Source: an uncultured virus (IMG/VR IMGVR_UViG_2660238384_000003)
Lineage: Duplodnaviria; Heunggongvirae; Uroviricota; Caudoviricetes
Direction: 5' to 3' (one strand)
DNA length: 61,700 nt
Virus record (IMG/VR): IMGVR_UViG_2660238384_000003
Location: 62,001-123,700 of that record
In this document: one piece after another, positions 26,633 through 36,693 of the stretch
Numbering within the stretch: position 1 is the stretch's first letter
How the letters are laid out: every line of letters begins with the position of its first letter
Position numbers and translations under genes: made by a program
Notes under the pieces: generated by a model
Databases searched by the model: none
What the model was told of the DNA's origin: nothing
What the model saw: the letters and a program-made list of their open reading frames with translations, nothing else

Positions 26633-28320
26633 GCGATGATCGGGTTCCGTATGGCGTTCATGAAGTCGTCGCCGTCATCAACGCCGGCAACCAGGGCGCG
26701 CCCCATAGCCATGATCAAGGTCACTGGACCATCGATCTTGCAGTTGGGATCGTTGTCGTTTTCCTTGCGGGGGTAGATGTTTTCCTTGGCGTCGATCTTT
26801 GCCGCCACGTTGCCCATCATCCAGGTCATGACTGGGTTCCCGTCATGCCAGAGCGCCCGCGCTATTACCCTTGCCTCCACTTCCTTCATCGGGTCGCTCA
26901 TGTTCTTCACTGTCTGGTTGAAGTCCACGACCGGGATGGATGTGTTGGAGAGTCGGGTAATCAGGTAGTTGGCCTGCCAGTCGTCGAAGGCAACATCTTG
27001 CAGGTCGATCTGTTTTGCCAGATCAAGGATGTCTGCCTCGATGAATGCGTAGTCCGTCATGCTCCCTGGCGTCAGGGTCAGATGACCCTCAAGCGCGAAG
27101 TTCTGATACTTCTCGTTTTCCTCAGCGGCGGCCTCTGGAGCGTAGAAGCGCGGAATGCAGTAGAACTGACCAGCTTTCTCGAACAGCATTACCAGGGCGG
27201 TCACGTCTTTCTTGCTGGCAAGGTCCAAAGCCATCCAGCAGCGGCAGCCGGCCATGTCCGCAAACGTGAAGTCGCGCTTCTGCCGCTGCCAGGCCAGCAT
27301 GTTCATCCAGACCGTCCTGGCCCCCACCCACTGGTTTAGGTGCTTGGTGCGGAAGGCGTTCTGCTTCGACGCCGAACGCTTGGCCTGCTGGAGCTGGGCC
27401 AGGAGGAAGTCAGGGAATACCGACACTCCGTAATTCGGATTGGCCTTGATCAGGCTGGCCGGGTCATCCCACGAATCATCCTCGTCGATCGTGTAGATGA
27501 TCCCGAAGATCGTCTCATCGATCGTCTGCCCCTCGAGAATGCGGATCACGTCCCTGCGCTTCTCGTAACATGGGCCGCCGAGATTCGACCCCGCCGTCGT
27601 AATTATCGACAGCAATGGCTGCTCCCGCGCACCCATGCCTGTCTGCATGGTGTCCACCAGGGCGTCCGTGTCGTGTTCGTGATACTCGTCCACCAGGGCT
27701 GCATGAGGGCTAGCGCCATCCCCAGGGTTGCCGATTACAGTCTCGAACTTCGACATGTCCTCCATGACGAACATGGGGCCAGGGTTCTTCTGGTTTCCAG
27801 AAAGCTCGATACCGAATCGGTTACGCAGGTTCTCCAGCTTGTGCGCCATCATCCACGCCGGACGGAAAACCTCGAAGGCCTGCTTCTCGGTGGTGGCGCC
27901 GGAGTAGACCTCGGCTCCCGACTCGCCATCTGCGGCGAACAAGTAAATCCCTCTCGCGGCAAGACGGGCCGACTTCCCGTTCTTCCTGGGAATCTCTTCG
28001 TAGGCCTCGCGGAACCTGCGCTTGCCGGTGTCCTTCTTCACCCATCCGAAGATGTTGGCCTCGATGAATACCTGCCAAGGCTCGAACACTAGCTTCGACT
28101 TCGAAGCGCTCCATTTGCCTTTGGTGTGAGGCATGAGCTGCATGAACTTGACAGCACGATCTGCCTTGGCCTCATCGAAAACGTATGGCCAATCGTCATC
28201 GCCCTGGCGGTCCAAGTCATTCAGGAAGCGCTGGCATGCAAGCTTCACATACCGGCACGCAACGATGCCCCCACCCACGACATCGCTAGCGTACTGTCGC
28301 GCAATGTCGCTGGGGGTCAT
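26629..28320 (-). CDS. terL: Terminase large subunit
   Basis: PRKNGKS Walker A, LVDEYH Walker B, ALDLA and KIDG nuclease motifs. Confidence 0.96.
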   Translation of the reverse strand: MTPSDIARQYASDVVGGGIVACRYVKLACQRFLNDLDRQGDDDWPYVFDEAKADRAVKFMQLMPHTKGKWSASKSKLVFEPWQVFIEANIFGWVKKDTGKRRFREAYEEIPRKNGKSARLAARGIYLFAADGESGAEVYSGATTEKQAFEVFRPAWMMAHKLENLRNRFGIELSGNQKNPGPMFVMEDMSKFETVIGNPGDGASPHAALVDEYHEHDTDALVDTMQTGMGAREQPLLSIITTAGSNLGGPCYEKRRDVIRILEGQTIDETIFGIIYTIDEDDSWDDPASLIKANPNYGVSVFPDFLLAQLQQAKRSASKQNAFRTKHLNQWVGARTVWMNMLAWQRQKRDFTFADMAGCRCWMALDLASKKDVTALVMLFEKAGQFYCIPRFYAPEAAAEENEKYQNFALEGHLTLTPGSMTDYAFIEADILDLAKQIDLQDVAFDDWQANYLITRLSNTSIPVVDFNQTVKNMSDPMKEVEARVIARALWHDGNPVMTWMMGNVAAKIDAKENIYPRKENDNDPNCKIDGPVTLIMAMGRALVAGVDDGDDFMNAIRNPIIA

Positions 28321-28321
28321 C

Positions 28322-28702
28322 TCAGAAATCCTCGAACTCGTCCTTCTCCTTCGGCTTTTCCAGGCCGAACTTCTGGCGGTCTGACGGCGTTAGTCCAAGC
28401 CGGGCCAGGTTTCCGATCAGATGGGTGTACTTGCCAACCGCGAACTCTGTCGGGTTGGCACGGTATTCAGCGAGCAGGTTCGCGGTGACCTCCAGGATGA
28501 TCCGGTCCGATCCCGTCAGAACGCCCTTGATCGACTGAGCGCACAACTCTTTCCATGCGAGACGAGCGGGGCCTTGCAGATGGATGGGCGCTTCGCCGAT
28601 ATCCCCCTCGCCCTTTGCTGGCTCCTGCCGGTAGCGCTGAGGGTTCTTCTTGTCCGCGCCCTTGAACTTTGCGACCTCGGCAGGCTGCTTGTGACGGGCC
28701 AT
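28322..28702 (-). CDS. terS: Terminase small subunit
   Basis: LGLTPSDR P27-type motif, upstream of terL. Confidence 0.88.
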   Translation of the reverse strand: MARHKQPAEVAKFKGADKKNPQRYRQEPAKGEGDIGEAPIHLQGPARLAWKELCAQSIKGVLTGSDRIILEVTANLLAEYRANPTEFAVGKYTHLIGNLARLGLTPSDRQKFGLEKPKEKDEFEDF

Positions 28703-28738
28703 TCGGGAACCTAAATTCTGTGGAAATGGAAAAAGACT

Positions 28739-28747
28739 TGGGGGCGC
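28739..28747 (-). other. Putative cos site GCGCCCCCA
   Basis: Between HNH and terS; matches the 9-nt 3' cohesive end of phage D3 as I recall it. Confidence 0.7.
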
Positions 28748-28914
28748 GGTGTCCTAACGAAAAGTTCTAAGGTTTTGACCCGCCCCACCTCTATAAATGA
28801 GAATTTTTTTCATTAAAATAGATTTTTCGGCAAAAACGCACGAAGACAGTGAAAGCCACTGCCTTCATTCGTAAATATCTCGAATCGTCGCGTCCACGCG
28901 CTGAGAGAACCCGA

Positions 28915-29228
28915 CTATTTCCTAGATGACGCCGACTCCATCGCCGTCTTCCTCGCATGACACGGGTAGCCAGCAATAGCCATCAGGTTGGAGTCATCGT
29001 CTGTGCCGCCCTGGCTCAGCGGGATGATGTGGTCCACCTCTGTGGCGATCCTCTTCATTCCCTTGCACTCTGAGCACTGGCACATGTAGCCATCTCGCTT
29101 GAGGATGCGCTCTCGCTTACGACGCCATGGCCTGCCACCACGTCCGTTCCCCATGCCTTGTCCTCTACCTCGTGCTTGGTCACTCCCTTGGCCTTGGGCT
29201 TGGTGTGACGCTGAGGGAGGTCAGGCAT
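28915..29228 (-). CDS. HNH endonuclease (packaging cofactor), one-base frameshift at 29149..29152
   Basis: CQCSEC..VDHIIPLSQGG..NL..CHARKT; N-terminus MPDLPQRH..AWG in the adjacent frame. Confidence 0.85.
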
Positions 29229-29466
29229 TGAGGCGCTCCCGATTCGGCGGAGTCCAACCTTGAAGCCTGGCTTGTGCTGGCCTGAGGAATGAGAGCTTGC
29301 CACCCTGCCATTCATCAGGATGGAGAGCCAGGAGGCCAGATCGCAGTAGGGGTTCCAGAATCTTTATCGCGCTCTCTACTTCTTCGCTGTATCCGGTTAC
29401 GTCATCGCGGGCCCAGGCACGACCGGGGTTGATCTCGACGCCAGCAGGAATTGGACGGTTCTTCAT
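29221..29466 (-). CDS. Hypothetical protein
   Basis: 81 aa, coupled to neighbours. Confidence 0.55.
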   Translation of the reverse strand: MKNRPIPAGVEINPGRAWARDDVTGYSEEVESAIKILEPLLRSGLLALHPDEWQGGKLSFLRPAQARLQGWTPPNRERLNA

Positions 29467-29714
29467 GTCGGCTTTCCTTCATCAGACATCCCGATGAGCT
29501 TCGCGACCATCAGGGCTTCGGCGAAATCATTTGCGTTGGCATCTCGCCAACGGGATAGCCCGCATACGTGGTAGATCAACTCCCGTCCAGGGAGCGGGCT
29601 TTCGGGCCGCTCGATCTTGTAGCGAACCTGGACAACCAGCTTGCCAAACCAGCCGCGGCGCACCCGGACAGAAGCTATCTGGGTCTCCCTGGCGGATCCC
29701 ATAAATGCCGACAT
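29463..29714 (-). CDS. Hypothetical protein
   Basis: 83 aa, RRGWFGKLVVQV..WRDA, coupled to neighbours. Confidence 0.6.
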   Translation of the reverse strand: MSAFMGSARETQIASVRVRRGWFGKLVVQVRYKIERPESPLPGRELIYHVCGLSRWRDANANDFAEALMVAKLIGMSDEGKPT

Positions 29715-29875
29715 CAGATCGGCTCTCCACTCAGGTAGCTGGTGGGCACGGCTTCAGGATCATCACCATCCTCGGCGAGGGCCTGGATCAGCAGATGCAA
29801 CAGTTGGTTGGTCTTTCGCTGTTCTTCGAGCAGGTTGCGTAGGATGACTCGAGCCTCTTCGCCGGTATCAGTCAT
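29714..29875 (-). CDS. Hypothetical protein
   Basis: 53 aa MTDTGEEARVIL..PTSYLSGEPI read by hand; GGAGG SD. Confidence 0.55.
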   Translation of the reverse strand: MTDTGEEARVILRNLLEEQRKTNQLLHLLIQALAEDGDDPEAVPTSYLSGEPI

Positions 29876-29992
29876 CACGCACCTCCGGTCGCTTTGGGTT
29901 ACTGGCCATAGCAGAGGCCGCCCGCTCTACGGCAACCCGCGCCCACTTCTTCGCCCATTCGCGCGTCTTGTTGCAGAAGGTGCATTCGGCCA

Positions 29993-30244
29993 TCAGATTT
30001 GTCCTTTCCCGCGTGTGCCGGCCACCAGGTCCCAGCTAAACGGCTCGATACACGGCTCTTTCGACTCCACTCCTTCCCCGCAAAGCCTCACACGCTCATT
30101 GTCGAGTGCAAACGTGACCGTGACCGCTGGCATGAGACCGTCGTTGCTGATGCTCAAGGAAAGCTGACCAGGAAGCGGTTCCCCGTTGGCGTCACACAAG
30201 ATCAGGCACGTGCCGGTGTTCTTCAGTAGAAGCGGAGCATCCAT
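29993..30244 (-). CDS. Hypothetical protein
   Basis: MDAPLLLKNTG..NGEPLPGQ, coupled to holin stop. Confidence 0.55.
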   Translation of the reverse strand: MDAPLLLKNTGTCLILCDANGEPLPGQLSLSISNDGLMPAVTVTFALDNERVRLCGEGVESKEPCIEPFSWDLVAGTRGKGQI

Positions 30245-30528
30245 CAGTACACCCTCAGAATGTGGGCCAGATTCCCCCGCGCACGACACACAAGGCCGAG
30301 CAGGATCGCCAGCACCAGGGTCAGCCAAGGGGAGACAGGATTCAGTCTGTAGCCGTGGAGTGCATCGAGCATCACGCTCAGGGCGAAGCACCCACTACCA
30401 ACGCACAGCAGGTAGGCGAGCCAGGAAACTCCCCGGCGATACCTCGCGCCCTGCCGGCGGTATGTCGCCAGCCTCATGCAAATGGCGCCGCAAATCATCG
30501 CAGCTACCAGAGTCCAAGGGTCAACCAT
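30244..30528 (-). CDS. Holin-family membrane protein
   Basis: Three TM segments, YRRQGARYR, ARGNLA. Confidence 0.8.
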   Translation of the reverse strand: MVDPWTLVAAMICGAICMRLATYRRQGARYRRGVSWLAYLLCVGSGCFALSVMLDALHGYRLNPVSPWLTLVLAILLGLVCRARGNLAHILRVY

Positions 30529-30889
30529 TACGACCTCCAAAGCGGTCCGCTATGAAGCGGAGCCAACCAGGCGTCTTCCCCCCCTGCACCCACTCCAACA
30601 AGCTGGTGCCCACTGCGACGCAGAACAATGCCCCACCAAAGGCGACCAGGCCCGATGTTCTTGCCCACTCCCGCCCGATGACTTCGCCGGCGACGTAGTA
30701 GCCAACGATCCAGGACGCAGCGAAGTAACCAAGGCGAGCCCAGGCCGAGATGTCCTTGGCATACACCACGAAGAAGATAGCCCCAGCAAAAGCCCCGATC
30801 ACTGCATTGGCATCAATGCCAGGGATCAACGCAGACGCACCAATACCGACCAGGCCGGCGACTGCTACCGCACCACTCGGCTCGGCCAT
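30521..30889 (-). CDS. Putative holin
   Basis: MAEPSG.., GIDANAVIGAFAGAIFFV, several TM segments. Confidence 0.8.
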   Translation of the reverse strand: MAEPSGAVAVAGLVGIGASALIPGIDANAVIGAFAGAIFFVVYAKDISAWARLGYFAASWIVGYYVAGEVIGREWARTSGLVAFGGALFCVAVGTSLLEWVQGGKTPGWLRFIADRFGGRNG

Positions 30890-31031
30890 ATTCAAGTACT
30901 CCAGATGCAGAAAAGCCCAGGTCATTGCCTGGGCCTTGTAGTGTGGCTCTCACGAAGAAAAGACCCGCTCATGGGCGGGTATGGCCCCGTGCTATCCTCG
31001 TGATTCCTACACCACGAAACAGGACGGACCC

Positions 31032-31331
31032 ATGGCAAACTTCATTGTCACGTTTCAAATCAAGGCTGATGACACCTACCAGTCTCGGTATAGTTCCTTC
31101 AAGAAGAAGATCAATGAGCTAACCAGCTACAAACACTGGGATGAAACGACTTCTTTCTACTGCTTCGAACTGGACTACACGGCGCAAAGGATTTGCTCTG
31201 AGCTGTACACCGGCAGCGAGTTCAACGCAACCAAAGACATAATGGTGGTCATCGATGTGTCCAATCGAGAGAAGGCCACGAAAGGTCCGATCCAGTATCC
31301 TGCACTGCTCGACGCCTACCTCGGTTTCTAG
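31032..31331 (+). CDS. Moron, small ferredoxin-like (Cas2/VapD-like pattern) protein
   Basis: 99 aa MANFIVTFQIK..; opposite strand; TGCTATCCT extended -10 and AGGA SD upstream. Confidence 0.65.
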   Translation: MANFIVTFQIKADDTYQSRYSSFKKKINELTSYKHWDETTSFYCFELDYTAQRICSELYTGSEFNATKDIMVVIDVSNREKATKGPIQYPALLDAYLGF

Positions 31332-31535
31332 TTAGGTCCGCCCAGCACCGAGGATCTGCGACTCGATCTCAGCTACACGATGCTCATATTGGGAAAGTGT
31401 CTCTCGGTTAAGTCGCAGGTCTTCAGCCAGCCTACGTTCTTGGGCAGCCGCCAAAGCATACAACCCCTCAACCTCAGCCAGCTTTGCTTCTTGAGCAATG
31501 ACAGACTCCACAGCTTGCCGGTATTCGCTTTTCAT
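31332..31535 (-). CDS. Small coiled-coil protein
   Basis: MKSEYRQAVESVIAQE.., GGAG SD. Confidence 0.55.
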   Translation of the reverse strand: MKSEYRQAVESVIAQEAKLAEVEGLYALAAAQERRLAEDLRLNRETLSQYEHRVAEIESQILGAGRT

Positions 31536-31611
31536 GTACTTCTCCGCGCGCAGGGTTAAGCCGCTCAGCACTTGAGTACGAGGGCCTTGCGTCGAATGGG
31601 ATGAATTGAAT

Positions 31612-31688
<77 letters not shown>

Positions 31689-31926
31689 AGAATAGGTGCC
31701 GGACTAGCCGGCGTCACGCCCGCAGAGCAAGGAGCCGGGGCTTTCGCCTTGATCACCAGTGGTGACCCTTGCTTTCTTCTGCCGCATGCGTGAATGCCGG
31801 GGTTCCACCGGCTCCCACTTCACTTTAACGCCTGCGTGTCCAAGGCGATCCCGGAGTATTAGGTCGCGGTAGGGCCGGGTCCCACCTTTGACCATCCTCG
31901 GCCGCGTAGTCGCAACCCAGAAGGAT

Positions 31927-32049
31927 TCAGATCAGTACTACTACCGCTCCAACCAGGAGCAGCAGGACCAGCGCGCCACCGCCGATACCCTTGAGCAGCC
32001 AAACATCTTTCGATTCGGCAGACATCCCCGGCAGATGCCAGGGCCTCAA
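31927..32049 (-). CDS. Small single-TM peptide (32-40 aa)
   Basis: (MRPWHLPG)MSAESKDVWLLKGIGGGALVLLLLVGAVVVLI; GAGGA 9 nt before TTG. Confidence 0.45.
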   Translation of the reverse strand: MRPWHLPGMSAESKDVWLLKGIGGGALVLLLLVGAVVVLI

Positions 32050-32091
32050 AGCCGCCAATCCTCAAACGCGCAAGATCAGCAGGATGGGAAA

Positions 32092-32120
32092 AGTTTGTTG
32101 CATTGTTGCGCTACTGTCAA
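32092..32120 (-). promoter_or_regulatory. Late promoter (pR'-like)
   Basis: TTGACA-N17-CAAACT overlapping the stop of the Q-like gene. Confidence 0.65.
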
Positions 32121-32698
32121 GCCACATCTGCAATCAAAATGCCTTCTCTTCGAAGAATATTCTCAGAATCATTAAGTGCCTCGTTGATCATTTCATCCAG
32201 GGTTCGCTCGACACCTTTCTTCCACCTCCAGTAGGTAGTCCTGTTCAACCCCTGGGAATCCCAAGAGTTGATGTCGTAGAACTGCTGAGGCAGGACGATC
32301 ATGTCACTGGAACGCTTTCCCTCGACTCCTTTCAACTGCGGGATAGCCCAGGCAGTTACGGCCTTCATCACGAATAATTGAGGCGCGTGGCTTGCAATAA
32401 CTGGCACCAGCGCACTGATGGCCTCGACCTTCTTGGCCTTGTGAGTGCTGTACTTCGCCACAAGCGCGTTCCAGTGCCTAGGCTTGAGCTGACTGTGCAG
32501 CCGGGCGTGCACCCAGCAATCAGCATCGATGCGCTTGATGCCTGACGTGTTCGAGCCCCTGATCAGACCAGCTAAACCCTCACTCTCGGCATACCCTGGC
32601 TGGTAGAGCTTCTGCCAGGCTTGCTTTGCAGTGTTGTCGATGGTTTCCGCCGCCAAGGCAGAGACGACTGCCGACCGAATGCTGGTGTAGATCATCAT
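32117..32698 (-). CDS. Late-gene antiterminator (Q-like), by position
   Basis: Last gene of the nin region, C-terminal HTH-like RTTYWRW, followed by promoter. Confidence 0.65.
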   Translation of the reverse strand: MMIYTSIRSAVVSALAAETIDNTAKQAWQKLYQPGYAESEGLAGLIRGSNTSGIKRIDADCWVHARLHSQLKPRHWNALVAKYSTHKAKKVEAISALVPVIASHAPQLFVMKAVTAWAIPQLKGVEGKRSSDMIVLPQQFYDINSWDSQGLNRTTYWRWKKGVERTLDEMINEALNDSENILRREGILIADVA

Positions 32699-33026
32699 TC
32701 GCCCCCTTGAGCGCTGAGCACGGCGTTTAAAACGTAAGATTGGTCTGTCTGTTCGCTGACTGTTTTGCTCCTGGAGTTGACCTGCGAGCGAGCATCACAT
32801 CCAGCACAGCACATGCCGAAACAGCCTCTCGGAGGCTCCAGATAATCGGGGTATTCGTTGGCGCGCTCACCATCCTCAGCACCTGGCGTGCTGACCATGT
32901 TCGACAGCAGCAGCGGGTGATAACCGTCGGTGAACCAGTTGCCCAGCCAGGCGGCAGCAATACCGATCGCATAACCGATGAGACCGCTCCCTATGCTGAA
33001 GAGAACGATGGTCAGAGTTTCTTTGG

Positions 33027-33030
<4 letters not shown>
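32695..33030 (-). CDS. Hypothetical membrane protein
   Basis: N-terminal TM; ATGA coupling at both ends. Confidence 0.5.
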
Positions 33031-33670
<640 letters not shown>

Positions 33671-34257
33671 TGAGGCTCCCCCGAAACCAAGGCTTTCCAG
33701 CAGTCGGTGAAAGCTTTGCTGAAGTCGCCGTAGAGCCTGGACGATTCCTGCCGGCAGGCCCGAACCCCTTCGCCGACTGCCTCGCATACGGCCACCACAA
33801 GCGGCACCCAGCCAAAGGCGATCATGATCATCAGGACAATGAGCGCTCTTGGCCGAACAGGAACTCTCCGCATGGCGCGGAAGAACAAGCTGCGGCTCAT
33901 AGCTCTTCTCCCGCGAAGTAGCCGAGCCACAGAGTGGCGGTCCCCATGAGCAGAACAATCCATCCGTTCACCGGAGTGGAGGTTTGCGTGTAGGCAATCA
34001 ATGCAGCGACCAGCAAGCTTCCGATGGACAGTCGAGCAACCTTCGATCCGCTCATGCCTCAACCTCCTTCGTCTCCCTATCCCAGTAAGAGGGAAGCCCG
34101 CGAGCAAGAACCTCGTCGGTAAGGATCCGATCATGGGCAATCAGAGCCACGGCCTTCGCAGCCAGCTTCTTGCGCATGATGAAGGCGTACTCATTCAGCT
34201 TCCGCCAGTTCCACTCATGGCGATCCAAAACCCAAAGAGCAACGCCAATGCTAGGAC

Positions 34258-34566
34258 TCATACGATTTCCTCCTTCGCCTTCCGCTGCTCGGGATGGAAG
34301 TCCCTGCGCAGGGGCATGAGTCTGAATTCGCTACAGATCCCAAAACTCGCGCGATCGAATACGCCCTCACTCCTGGGGATTGCTAGACAAGCGCTTCCAT
34401 CCTCGGCTTCAACCGTCCAGCGGATAGGGCCTGGAAAGTAGAAGCGACCTCCGAAGCTCACTCCGCCATTGCCGTGGCATTCAACGAGCCGAACGACTTT
34501 CCCAATGTTCTGCTCAGCATAGGAACTGATGATCATCGCCAAGTCTCCGGCCTTGAACTTGCTCAT
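34258..34566 (-). CDS. Hypothetical nin-region protein
   Basis: MSKFKAGDLA..LMPLR; coupled to upstream gene. Confidence 0.6.
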   Translation of the reverse strand: MSKFKAGDLAMIISSYAEQNIGKVVRLVECHGNGGVSFGGRFYFPGPIRWTVEAEDGSACLAIPRSEGVFDRASFGICSEFRLMPLRRDFHPEQRKAKEEIV

Positions 34567-35150
34567 GCGAAAGTCCCCATTTGATCAGCCGCCGCCATGG
34601 CGTCAGCCTCGGTTTCGAAGTGAGAGGAAAGGACCAGCCTCCAGCAGGCGGCAAACACGTCGCGGTAAAGCGGCTCAAAAGCTGTGTCGTCCATGCTCGC
34701 CCAACTGATCGACTTGGCTTCCTTGCGAACGCCGTCAGGCGTGTGGATCAGGTGGAAGTGGCCGGCCTCGATGGTGATCCACTCGCGGAACGCCTCGCGG
34801 CTCTTCTCGACTGCCGGGAAGCGGCCCGCTCGATCAGCCTCAAGCTTGGCGATGTACGCGGCGACGGCGTTCTGCAATTGGCCAGGACGCCCATTCAGAT
34901 CCTCGAAGTATTTGGCCAGCCCGCGGATGCCACGCATCTCCTGGCGCGGAACCAGGCCGCCTTTCGGCTCCCAGTACTCCCACGCCAAATCCAGCATGGC
35001 GAAGAACTTGCCGTGGAACTTGGCATTACGCATCCGGGTGAATTTCCCGTGGACGACCTGGCCGGCCTTCCACTTCTGAACGGTTTCGCGATCTGCCTCG
35101 GTTGCCGGGACCAGGCCCTGGGCTGTGCGGATGAGAGCGAGTTCAGCCAC
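34563..35150 (-). CDS. DUF1367-family protein
   Basis: RNAKFHGKFFAML..YWEP..AFREWITIEAGH..AKSISWASMD. Confidence 0.85.
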   Translation of the reverse strand: MAELALIRTAQGLVPATEADRETVQKWKAGQVVHGKFTRMRNAKFHGKFFAMLDLAWEYWEPKGGLVPRQEMRGIRGLAKYFEDLNGRPGQLQNAVAAYIAKLEADRAGRFPAVEKSREAFREWITIEAGHFHLIHTPDGVRKEAKSISWASMDDTAFEPLYRDVFAACWRLVLSSHFETEADAMAAADQMGTFA

Positions 35151-35418
35151 GGCTTTCCCTCCGTTGACAGTTCTTGCAACGTTGCCAGCTACCAGCCGAG
35201 AACATCGGCGCCTTGTCGGTAGTAACCGCATCCGCACCACAGAGAGCTACCCAGTACTTCTCGCGCCCATGCGGACCGATGGTGTCGGCAAAGACAAGCT
35301 CGAAGTGGTGGGCCTTGTTTCCGCAGAACGGCGCCTTGCCCCACCCTTTCTTCCCCGGGAGCGGACCGTCCGCAACCTGAGCGTCAGGCTCGTCGAGGAG
35401 TTCGAAGAAGTCAGTCAC
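35143..35418 (-). CDS. Hypothetical Cys/His protein
   Basis: KAHHF..ALCG..RCKNC. Confidence 0.55.
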   Translation of the reverse strand: MTDFFELLDEPDAQVADGPLPGKKGWGKAPFCGNKAHHFELVFADTIGPHGREKYWVALCGADAVTTDKAPMFSAGSWQRCKNCQRRESRG

Positions 35419-35661
35419 GGGGCGCCCTCCCCTGGAACCAGGCCCTATGGGGAGTGATACCGGGGATCATCTCCGCACGGCGACGAAGAACATCGGCGCG
35501 TTCGTGAGGAACACCAGTCCTGTCCGAAACCCCATTGCGATAACCATGCATGTAGGCTGCCGTGGACCGTTCGGCGCGCAGGCCATCCTTGCCGGCCATG
35601 TAGCCCTGGACCATTTCCCAATCGGCGTCCGAGTACATCTCTGGCTTGCGATAGTTCCGCA

Positions 35662-35862
35662 TCACTCGACCTCCTCCTGATTGGATTCGGAAACTCCAGA
35701 ACCACAAGGAACTGGCGGCCAATGGCCCTTGTCCTCGAGCAGCTCCACACACAGAGCAACACATGCATCACAGATAAGCGCCGACGGGCCTTTGATGAGC
35801 GCCTTTAGGTCGTGCTCGGACTCTCCGCAGAACGAGCAATAGTGCGTTTTCCCATCCATCAC
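35662..35862 (-). CDS. ClpX-type C4 zinc finger protein
   Basis: YCSFCGESE..LIKGPSALICDACV. Confidence 0.85.
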   Translation of the reverse strand: MMDGKTHYCSFCGESEHDLKALIKGPSALICDACVALCVELLEDKGHWPPVPCGSGVSESNQEEVE

Positions 35863-36059
35863 ACAGCCCTCCGCTCAGCCAGTTCCGCGCAGTCCCGGCA
35901 CTTCCGAACCCCAGGAACGATCGAGCGCCGCGCTACCGGAATCTCCTCGCCGCAGTCTTCACATTCGTACAGGCTCTCGCCGACGTACTTGACTCGGGAG
36001 TACAGTCGTTCAGCGAGTTCTCGCTCGGCGTAGTCGTTGGCGATGTCTACGATATCCAT
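35859..36059 (-). CDS. TraR/DksA C4 zinc finger protein
   Basis: DIVDIAND..CEDCGEEIPVARR..CRDC. Confidence 0.9.
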   Translation of the reverse strand: MDIVDIANDYAERELAERLYSRVKYVGESLYECEDCGEEIPVARRSIVPGVRKCRDCAELAERRAV

Positions 36060-36060
36060 G

Positions 36061-36693
36061 TCACTCGCCCTCCCCTTGCAGGCTCTTCAGCAGTGCCTTG
36101 AGCTGGCGATAGCTTTCCATCGACTTAGCGTTCGATTCGCGTTCCTGCTCGATTGCCAGCGCGACGTCCTCGATTCGATCAGACAGGCACTTCATGTGCT
36201 CGGCCATGCCAACGATCTCGGTTGCCAGTTCGCCCAGCATCTCCAGCGGGGAGGCAGAGCGCTTCGGCTCGGACTGGGTTTCGATCTTCTTCGCGGGCTC
36301 GCCCATCTTCGGCTCCTGAGGCTTGGTCTTTTTCTCGACTTGGATTCGTTGGTAGTGGTCAGTACCAGTGCGGCGGATCAGTCCGGAATCGACCAGATCG
36401 CGCAGACAGCCCTGGACAATCCGAACGTCCGGCGTGCTCCCGGTCATGTTGCGGAGCGCGGTGAGCACCTGGAACGAACGCCAGGGCTCAGAGATCGGTA
36501 CGCACTCATAGACCTTCTTCGCGATGCCGGTCTGTCCCTGCATGAGGGACTCCTGTTTTGCGGGCGTCACTGCTCGATCCTCCCTTCGGGCCAGATGCTC
36601 TTCACGACCGCGAGCGGGTCGCAGTCCTCCATCAGAATCATCGTGAAGCGCTTGTTGCCTGCGATTACGGTCCAGGAGCGTTTCATTGGGCAC
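36061..36693 (-). CDS. Hypothetical winged-helix plus coiled-coil protein
   Basis: ORF track; true start probably VTPAKQ near 36570. Confidence 0.6.
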   Translation of the reverse strand: MPNETLLDRNRRQQALHDDSDGGLRPARGREEHLARREDRAVTPAKQESLMQGQTGIAKKVYECVPISEPWRSFQVLTALRNMTGSTPDVRIVQGCLRDLVDSGLIRRTGTDHYQRIQVEKKTKPQEPKMGEPAKKIETQSEPKRSASPLEMLGELATEIVGMAEHMKCLSDRIEDVALAIEQERESNAKSMESYRQLKALLKSLQGEGE

